Under the pieces are notes generated by a model. It was not told the DNA's origin, did no database searches, and saw nothing but the letters and a program-made list of their open reading frames with translations. Positions 41,288-46,591 of a stretch of DNA of 46,591 nucleotides are shown piece after piece (the stretch's first letter is position 1; every line of letters starts with the position of its first letter). The translations under genes and the position numbers were made by a program. Location of the stretch: the NCBI GenBank assembly GCA_964504725.1, contig CAZDFI010000004.1, positions 1 through 46,591 on the forward strand. The letters run 5' to 3'. Source of the stretch: an uncultured Enterobacteriaceae bacterium (GTDB lineage Bacteria; Pseudomonadota; Gammaproteobacteria; Eutrophobiales; Eutrophobiaceae).

Positions 41288-41632
41288 TTAAACGCTAAAA
41301 CTCTCACCGCAGCCACAGGTTTCCTGTGAATTCGGATTTTTAAACTGGAACTCTTCGTTCAGTCCTTCGCGGACGTAATCCATTTCCGTGCCTATCAGTA
41401 AAGGCAGGCTGAGTTTATCGACGAAGATCTTCACGCCCTTGGATTCGAATATTTCATCTTGTTCTGTCGTTTGTTCAGCTGCTTCGACGATATACTGATA
41501 GCCAGAGCAACCGGTGGTCTTGGTAGCAAGACGTAAGCCAATACTGGTATCGTTCTTGGCCAGAAAATTTTTAACATGCTCTGCTGCCTTGTCGGTCAGC
41601 GTGATGTCTTTTGAAAGTGTTGTTTCGCTCAT
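41288..41632 (-). CDS. sufA: A-type Fe-S carrier (SufA/IscA/ErpA family)
   Basis: GCSGYQY...CGCGESF three-Cys signature. Confidence 0.9.
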   Translation of the reverse strand: MSETTLSKDITLTDKAAEHVKNFLAKNDTSIGLRLATKTTGCSGYQYIVEAAEQTTEQDEIFESKGVKIFVDKLSLPLLIGTEMDYVREGLNEEFQFKNPNSQETCGCGESFSV

Positions 41633-41664
41633 AAATCTATTTGCTCTATTTAATTCCTAATGCC

Positions 41665-42153
41665 TTAATGTGTGGTATCTGATTGTGTGATGGCCTGGTG
41701 AGTAAAATCTTTGATCATGATGGCATCCTGTCGATCAGCCACCTTCTTTACATTATTCGTTCGGATCAGTTCATCAAGGCTAATACTGTTCAAATAATCA
41801 GCGACATGACGGTTCAGGTCCAACCACAGATCATGGGTCAGGCAACGTACATCGCCCATGCAGTTTTGCTGACCACCACAACGGGTCACATCAATATGTT
41901 CATCAACGGCATACATCACGCGTGCGATGGTAATTTCGTCTGCACTGAGTGCCAGGCGGTAACCTCCCCCCGGCCCTCGGATACTCTCGACCAGGCCTTT
42001 TTTACGCAGTTTGCCGAACAACTGTTCTAGGTAGGTCAGAGAAATTTTCTGTCTGGCTGAAATCTCCGCCAGATTCACCGGTGCCTGATCATTGTGTAAT
42101 GCCAGATCCAGCATGGCGGTGACGGCGTAGCGGCCTTTTGTTGTCAGTTTCAT
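41665..42153 (-). CDS. iscR: Rrf2-family regulator, IscR-like
   Basis: [21 protein letters not shown]. Three-Cys cluster region C-x7-C-x5-C ([17 protein letters not shown]). GAGG RBS upstream. Confidence 0.85.
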   Translation of the reverse strand: MKLTTKGRYAVTAMLDLALHNDQAPVNLAEISARQKISLTYLEQLFGKLRKKGLVESIRGPGGGYRLALSADEITIARVMYAVDEHIDVTRCGGQQNCMGDVRCLTHDLWLDLNRHVADYLNSISLDELIRTNNVKKVADRQDAIMIKDFTHQAITQSDTTH

Positions 42154-42190
42154 CGTTTTTTACCTCGGGTGTATCCCGAAAAAGGGGGTG

Positions 42191-42248
42191 ATTTTCTCTT
42201 TTCAGACTAATTTAGTCAAGTATATAGTTGATAAGTTTAGTCGGGATT
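42191..42248 (-). promoter_or_regulatory. suf operon promoter with two tandem IscR type-1-like boxes
   Basis: Box 1 at 42199-42223, ttttcaGACTAATTTAGTCaagtat, fits ATASYYGACTRwwwYAGTCRRSTAT. Box 2 at 42224-42248 has the weaker core GATAAGTTTAGTC. Minus-strand -35 TTGACT (42219-42214) lies inside box 1, with a 17-nt spacer to -10 GAAAAT (42196-42191). Confidence 0.6.
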
Positions 42249-42348
42249 TGGGGTTTGTCTATTATTTGTTTATTAGTAATACTATTAATATAAGTGAATG
42301 CTTACATTTATAGTGTATTTTGAGAGTAGTTTTGCCTACTAGCGGCAT

Positions 42349-42480
42349 TCGTCATACCGGCCTTGAGCCGGTATCCAGTCAATATTAAACTTTTATGTCT
42401 TTTTAAATTGATTTCGCCTTTACCCGGCGTGTACCTTTTCTTTGTACGAACGAAAGAAAAGGTACGAAAAGAAAGCCGCC
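42349..42480. repeat. MITE/REP-like element, copy B
   Basis: 42349-42383 are identical to 21416-21450. Shares TTGATTTCGCCTTT and an inner hairpin, here a perfect 13-bp stem (42431-42443/42453-42465). Relative to copy A, a C insertion in one arm is matched by a G insertion in the other. Confidence 0.7.
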
Positions 42481-42576
42481 CCCAATATCGTGTCCTGCGG
42501 ATACCCTCACAGCTGTATGATTTTTTAAGGTCGCGCCTACATGCCTTCCTAGCATGAAGCCCCTCATTTAAACATC

Positions 42577-42627
42577 CCTGTTTAAATGACCTTAAAATCA
42601 TTCAACTGCTCGGCACGATTTAGGGGG
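42577..42627. repeat. left copy of a ~51-bp inverted repeat bracketing the accessory segment
   Basis: The reverse complement of 42577-42627 matches 46491-46541 at 43/51 positions, aligned by hand. Confidence 0.65.
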
Positions 42628-42808
42628 TTAAAAACCACGCCCAAAGTGGCGGATCTATGAAAACAGGTTTATCCTGAAACTCCACAAACAAATACCAATG
42701 GAATAGGTATGAAAGTACAGCACTTATTAATCTTATCTGAAAAAAAGACACGCTTTACCCCTTTAATTTCCAATATACGCGTCCTTCGAAGGACTGCTTA
42801 TTAACTAG

Positions 42809-44257
42809 TTAGGCGACAAAATAAAATTATAAGAATCTCACAAAACGGAGACTAAAAAAGGAACGAATGCGGTGATGAAGAAATTCTTACTTAATCCTTT
42901 CGAAGAAGCAGAACGCCAAGTTCAAGAGCGCGGGGATTGGGTCGTTGCTACAGTAGATCCCCGAATGAGCTGGCCAACACAACAACAGATAGTTGAGTTT
43001 GAAGGAAAAGACTTTGTATTGATTCCCCAGTCCACAGATGCTGATCAAACTGCCGCTGTTGCCCTGAGATCTGATCGCTATGAACTAAGTATGGAGGAAG
43101 TGCGGCGTGAAATTATGCGCTTCTGTAGTGCGCTCTCATGGTCGGAGGGAAGTGGATTATCAGTTCTTGCCTGGAGCGGGGGGAACTTACCTAGGCCAAT
43201 TGGTATTCGAAGAGGGAGAGTTGTAACAAACTTCCTTGATACCGAGCACCTCCCAATAGCCCAAACCCAAGAGGAAAGAGCAGCGATTGCCTTGTATCGA
43301 GAGGGGGTGTCTCTAGACAATCCTTTCTATGCATTTTTAAGCTTGTATAAAGCCATAAGTGTACTTCTACCAAAGGGTAAAGCGCGCGGCGCTTGGATCA
43401 CCGACGCCTTGGATCGCCTTGATGATCATCGAGCAAAAGGACGATGTGATGAAATTAGAAATAGCGGTGCCGATGTGGGCCTATATCTATTTGAGGAATG
43501 TCGGAATGCCATAGCCCATGCTGAGCAAGAACCCTTCATAAATCCAGACGAGGTCGATGATCATTTTAGACTCTCACAGGATATTCCTCTCCTTCGAAAC
43601 CTCGCTGAATTAGCAATTGAAGAAAACTCAACCTTAAAAAGGTCTCATACGCTTTGGCGTGAGCATCTCTACGAATTGGCAGAATTCCGAAATCTGTTTC
43701 CTGATGATGTTATTGATATGCTTGTACAATCAGAGCCAATCCCGGAAGGAACAACTGTTGATTTACCTGATCGATACACGGTCTTAGCTCGTCGCGAAGC
43801 TGAAGTTAATAGCTTCGAAGACATGATCCCCGAAATTACGGGACAGGTTGAAGGAGGCATCGTGTTCGACCTAGTAACCGAAGATGGCGCAATAAGAATA
43901 AGAACTGTACTCTCTTTTGCGGATGAGCGGTTGAAGTTTGATCCTTTGGGAGGCATTGGATTCACGCCGAATCGAGATGATCCCAAATATATTCAGTATG
44001 AGATTGATTCTCTTCTCTTTTCTCGTTGTATTCTTAGCAATGGCCATTTAGAGATATGGGATCAAGATGAGGGGTTGATGCTTGGACGTTCAGAAACCTG
44101 CATCCCCGTTAATTGCTTTGTAAACACTAAATATTACGAGTCCGAGTTATCAACGCTGAGGAAGTTACTGGAACCCGATGATCAGACAAATGGCGATAAT
44201 ATCGCCTAACAAATGTATACAGTCGGACGCAGCAGAGCTGCGCCGCTGATGCGAGCG
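42809..44257 (+). mobile_element. putative integron-type gene cassette (1449 bp), single ORF plus attC-like site
   Basis: Starts TTAGGC after G42808 and ends with G44257 of the attC-like R' box. Joining the ends gives GTTAGGC, the perfect complement of the R'' box GCCTAAC at 44204-44210. No intI in the window. Confidence 0.55.
42872..44209 (+). CDS. hypothetical 445-aa protein with R-x4-H (HEPN/MauJ-like) motif
   Basis: Long clean ORF. AAGGA about 12 nt upstream of ATG 42875 (GTG at 42872). Helical segment AIALYREGVSLDNPFYAFLSLYKAISVLL followed by ECRNAIAHAE (R211-H216, nt 43502-43519). I recognise no other family. Confidence 0.8.
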   Translation: MMKKFLLNPFEEAERQVQERGDWVVATVDPRMSWPTQQQIVEFEGKDFVLIPQSTDADQTAAVALRSDRYELSMEEVRREIMRFCSALSWSEGSGLSVLAWSGGNLPRPIGIRRGRVVTNFLDTEHLPIAQTQEERAAIALYREGVSLDNPFYAFLSLYKAISVLLPKGKARGAWITDALDRLDDHRAKGRCDEIRNSGADVGLYLFEECRNAIAHAEQEPFINPDEVDDHFRLSQDIPLLRNLAELAIEENSTLKRSHTLWREHLYELAEFRNLFPDDVIDMLVQSEPIPEGTTVDLPDRYTVLARREAEVNSFEDMIPEITGQVEGGIVFDLVTEDGAIRIRTVLSFADERLKFDPLGGIGFTPNRDDPKYIQYEIDSLLFSRCILSNGHLEIWDQDEGLMLGRSETCIPVNCFVNTKYYESELSTLRKLLEPDDQTNGDNIA

Positions 44258-44263
44258 TTATGA
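44204..44263 (+). other. attC-like recombination site (60 bp)
   Basis: GCCTAAC-aaatgt-ATaCAGtCGGaCGCAGC-aga-GCTGCGCCGCTGAT-gcgagc-GTTATGA. 14-bp stem with three single-base bulges, all on the 5' arm. 6x6 internal loop. Outer 7-mers pair at 5/7. The ORF stop codon lies inside the first box. Confidence 0.6.
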
Positions 44264-44267
44264 CAAC

Positions 44268-44287
44268 AAAAGGGGACAGATTTATTT
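44268..44287 (+). repeat. 20-bp direct repeat AAAAGGGGACAGATTTATTT, copy 1
   Basis: Identical to 46066-46085. Also pairs with CCCCTTTT at 44330-44337. Confidence 0.7.
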
Positions 44288-44399
44288 ATTCATAACGGTT
44301 TAAATGTGAGTAAACACTTACTTAATATACCCCTTTTGTGTGCCCAAAAGAAAGGTTCCAAGTAGTATTATAATTCCCATCTAAATCTACCTGGAAAGA

Positions 44400-45629
44400 A
44401 TGATGTCTGATTCTGATATTCCTGATAAAACCCAAGTATGTATTATCGGTGCTGGGCCAGCGGGTGTTATTTGTGCCTATCTTTTTGCCTTGCGCGGTGT
44501 CTCAGTGGTTTTGCTTGAGGGGGAAAAGGATTTCGATCGGGAATTTCGGGGTGATACTTTGCATGCTTCTTCATTAGAGATACTTGATCAGCTTGGATTT
44601 GCTGATGAAATATTGGCACAGTGTAATAGCAAGGTTACTAACCTAAAACTCAATGCATCTGAACATGTACTCGAAATCGCCGATTTTTCAGGAATGGATT
44701 GCAAATTTCCTTTTGTCGCCATTATTCCTCAGGAAAAGTTTTTAAATTACATCGTAAAAGAAGCAGGAAAGTTATCAGGCTTTTCGTTACATATGGGTGC
44801 TAGAGTCAAAGAGCTCAAAAAAGGTAATGGAAAAGTAACAGGTATAAAGTTCAGCAAAGATGGAGTTGAGCATGAGCTAGATTGTTTATTAACGATTGGT
44901 GCGGATGGTCGGGGATCAACGGTGCGGCGATTGGCTGATATGAAATTAGGTAAAACCTCACCACCAATGGATGTAATTTGGTTCAAGGTTTCAATACCTG
45001 AAAATTCAGGATTAACAGAATCTGTCAATGGCCGAATTGGTTCAGGCACGATGGTTGCCTTGATTAATCGGGGTGATTATATCCAGGCTGGCTATATCAT
45101 CATGAAAGGTTCCTATAAGGAATTACGCGAGCAGGGCATTGAACATTTTCGAAATGAAATAGCAGCTTTGGTCCCTGAGATTACAAGTACAATTTCTGAA
45201 ATTACAGATTGGTCGCAGTGTGCAATATTATCGGTGGTGACTGGACGTGTTGAAAAATGGTATCAGGATGGTTTGTTATTGATTGGTGATGCTGCGCATG
45301 TAATGTCTCCTGTAGGTGGCGTCGGGATAAATTATGCGATTCAGGATGCAGTGGCAACCGCTAATCTTTTGACTGATCCAATAAAAGAAAATTGTTTGAA
45401 TATTACCGATTTGGCCAAGGTGCAAACTCGACGCGAACCTGCTACTAAATTCATTCAGAAATTTCAGATGTTTGTACAACAGCGAATAATCAGTAGTGCA
45501 CTTAAATCGGATAAACCGTTCAGTCCGCCTCTACCTTTAAAAGTGATTTCCAGTTTATCTTTTATGAAAAAACGGGTTGCAAAGTTACTGGCTTATGGGA
45601 GATGTCCTGAACGAGTAGAAGGAGTTTAA
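44400..45629 (+). CDS. FAD-dependent monooxygenase (UbiH/aromatic-ring hydroxylase-like)
   Basis: VCIIGAGPAGV dinucleotide-binding motif, DGRGSTVRR, LIGDAAHVMSPVGGVGINYAIQDA. Confidence 0.85.
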   Translation: MMSDSDIPDKTQVCIIGAGPAGVICAYLFALRGVSVVLLEGEKDFDREFRGDTLHASSLEILDQLGFADEILAQCNSKVTNLKLNASEHVLEIADFSGMDCKFPFVAIIPQEKFLNYIVKEAGKLSGFSLHMGARVKELKKGNGKVTGIKFSKDGVEHELDCLLTIGADGRGSTVRRLADMKLGKTSPPMDVIWFKVSIPENSGLTESVNGRIGSGTMVALINRGDYIQAGYIIMKGSYKELREQGIEHFRNEIAALVPEITSTISEITDWSQCAILSVVTGRVEKWYQDGLLLIGDAAHVMSPVGGVGINYAIQDAVATANLLTDPIKENCLNITDLAKVQTRREPATKFIQKFQMFVQQRIISSALKSDKPFSPPLPLKVISSLSFMKKRVAKLLAYGRCPERVEGV

Positions 45630-45746
45630 AATTCGGATTAATTTTTTATACCTCACTATGACATATAAAGGCATGGTCTCGAATGCATGCAGAGAACTAG
45701 GCTACACTGTTGAGATGAAGCAATAGTTGACTATAGAGGTATTGCC

Positions 45747-46067
45747 ATGAATAACAACGAGCTCCGCTCTCCCAGTATTAATCACATTTCCTGGGGTCAT
45801 ATGGAGGTCGATAATGTCGGTGTTGGTAAGGATTTCAAGCTTTGGCCTGGTGGTGGTCGGGTGTGGGACTGGAGGGAAACCGATACACATCACATACCCG
45901 GGATTCAACCCACTGACGTTGAAGAATTACTCGACAACGGGTGTCAAACGATTGTTTTAAGCCGGGGAATGTTGCTGATGCTGCACACGCGTCGGGAGAC
46001 GCTAGATCTGCTTGATGAGAGAAATATTCCAGTGCATATCGCCGAGACGAAGGCAGCGGCCACATAA
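45747..46067 (+). CDS. Mth938-like (DUF498) domain protein
   Basis: ISWGHMEV...DFKLWPGG...W.W..T.T.H.PGIQ...IVLSRGM pattern is typical of the Mth938/NDUFAF3-like family, recalled from memory. Confidence 0.7.
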   Translation: MNNNELRSPSINHISWGHMEVDNVGVGKDFKLWPGGGRVWDWRETDTHHIPGIQPTDVEELLDNGCQTIVLSRGMLLMLHTRRETLDLLDERNIPVHIAETKAAAT

Positions 46068-46085
46068 AAGGGGACAGATTTATTT
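46066..46085 (+). repeat. 20-bp direct repeat AAAAGGGGACAGATTTATTT, copy 2
   Basis: Identical to 44268-44287. Overlaps the stop codon of the Mth938-like ORF. Confidence 0.7.
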
Positions 46086-46100
46086 TATCTGATATAGAAA

Positions 46101-46463
46101 ATGAGAAACGAAGAAGAAAAAATATTTATAGTGCTTATTCACTTGGGTGGCAACATTCCTACAATGGACAGGATAAGGGAGACCGCGCCCAGAGTTAAAC
46201 AGGCTATTGAAAAGCTTTCTCAGAGTAACTGCCAGTTGGTTAGTGCTTCAGATAGTGGTAATTCGTTTAGTTATTTTTTAAAAACTAAACTTCCTTCAGA
46301 GGTGATACGTGCTGAACTATTTGGGAAAACAAAATCATCAAATATATCTCCTCTACTAAATGACGATAGTGCTCTTATATTGGAGGTTGGTAGTGAATAC
46401 TCAGGTATGGGATTTAGTAAAGCCTGGACATGGTTGCAACACAGACAAAATGGTGGGGACTAG
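46101..46463 (+). CDS. hypothetical protein, 120 aa, no recognisable family
   Basis: Only long ORF in this interval. No obvious Shine-Dalgarno. The stop lies inside the 10-bp palindrome GGACTAGTCC (46457-46466). Confidence 0.5.
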   Translation: MRNEEEKIFIVLIHLGGNIPTMDRIRETAPRVKQAIEKLSQSNCQLVSASDSGNSFSYFLKTKLPSEVIRAELFGKTKSSNISPLLNDDSALILEVGSEYSGMGFSKAWTWLQHRQNGGD

Positions 46464-46490
46464 TCCATAATTTAAACGAAGGGGTTTCCT

Positions 46491-46541
46491 TCCCTTATAT
46501 CGTGCCGAGGAGCTTAATGATTTTAAGGTTATTTGAACAGG
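46491..46541. repeat. right copy of the ~51-bp inverted repeat
   Basis: Matches the reverse complement of 42577-42627 at 43/51. Followed by hairpin AAGGATTG-ttcccga-CAATCCTT (46543-46565). Confidence 0.65.
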
Positions 46542-46567
46542 CAAGGATTGTTCCCGACAATCCTTTT

Positions 46568-46591
46568 GCATTTCCTCCATCCATGGAGGTC
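46568..46591 (+). repeat. REP-like hairpin, cut by the window end
   Basis: GCATTTCCTCCATCCATGGAGGTC matches 39671-39694 (minus strand) at 21/24. Confidence 0.45.

Noticed and set aside
42308-42601. 97-aa minus-strand ORF and 64-aa plus-strand ORF (42363-42557) in the iscR-downstream gap
   Set aside because: Both are translations of the MITE/REP-like repeat modules. For example, TGYRLKAGMT is simply the reading of the ATACCGGC/GCCGGTAT hairpin. Neither has an RBS, and their borders coincide with the repeat.
42740-42814. Upstream attC or attI at the left cassette junction, using the palindrome GTCCTTCGAAGGAC (42781-42794) and TAACTAGTTA (42802-42811)
   Set aside because: I found no RYYYAAC R'' box at the right distance, only AT-rich ambiguous pairing, and no integrase gene upstream (iscR and repeats instead). 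I therefore do not call a second attC or an attI, and I do not call this a complete integron.
44257-44296. GTTATGA ... TCATAAC 7-bp inverted repeat, considered as a second, very short cassette or attC
   Set aside because: TCATAAC would be the expected R'' partner of the right junction. However, no GTTRRRY core and no bulged L-box stem follow it within 150 bp, and the intervening 26 nt is just the 20-bp direct repeat. It is more likely coincidental or part of the target site.
45630-46500. attC-like sites after the monooxygenase, Mth938-like and 120-aa ORFs (a cassette array)
   Set aside because: Scanning the three spacers by eye found no RYYYAAC...GTTRRRY pair and no bulged stem. I saw only small palindromes (GCATGC, GGACTAGTCC). 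An array interpretation is not supported by what I can see.
1-46591. CRISPR arrays, tRNA/rRNA genes, transposases, integrases, prophage genes
   Set aside because: I saw no regularly spaced direct repeats, no cloverleaf-like or rRNA-like segments in the intergenic gaps, and no ORF with DDE, tyrosine-recombinase or serine-recombinase motifs. Small RNAs could still be missed without covariance-model scans.

Overview
The gene order (rplY-pth-ychF; rpe-gph-trpEGDC; dapA-bamC; ndk-rlmN-pilW-rodZ-hisS-yfgM-bamB-der) suggests a chromosomal segment from a moderately AT-rich Gammaproteobacterium. This taxon call is an inference. Roughly the first 42 kb is densely packed core housekeeping DNA. It includes two notable operons. 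One is a tungstate-type uptake locus at 13.0-19.1 kb: a ModE-like regulator with a binding-protein domain, an OprO/P-family porin, TupA, a fused TupA-TupB, TupC and a DksA/TraR zinc finger. The other is an Rrf2/IscR-headed suf operon at 34.8-42.2 kb (sufA, sufBCDS, sufU, sufT, Rieske ferredoxin) with two tandem IscR type-1 boxes upstream. The last ~4.4 kb (42.2-46.6 kb) looks accessory. It is a mosaic of MITE/REP-like repeats, and a ~51-bp inverted repeat pair brackets four same-strand ORFs. The first ORF is a 445-aa orphan with an R-x4-H (HEPN/MauJ-like) motif. It lies in what folds by hand as an integron-type gene cassette. The cassette has a 60-bp attC-like site with three regularly spaced extrahelical bases, and its first bases (TTAGGC, within GTTAGGC at the left junction) perfectly complement its R'' box. 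The window contains no integrase, and the three downstream ORFs (FAD monooxygenase, Mth938-like, small orphan) have no attC-like site. This cassette and its cargo are my best candidate for something undescribed. I saw no rRNA, tRNA, CRISPR array, transposase or integrase. All homology calls come from reading the translated ORFs by eye, with no searches run.
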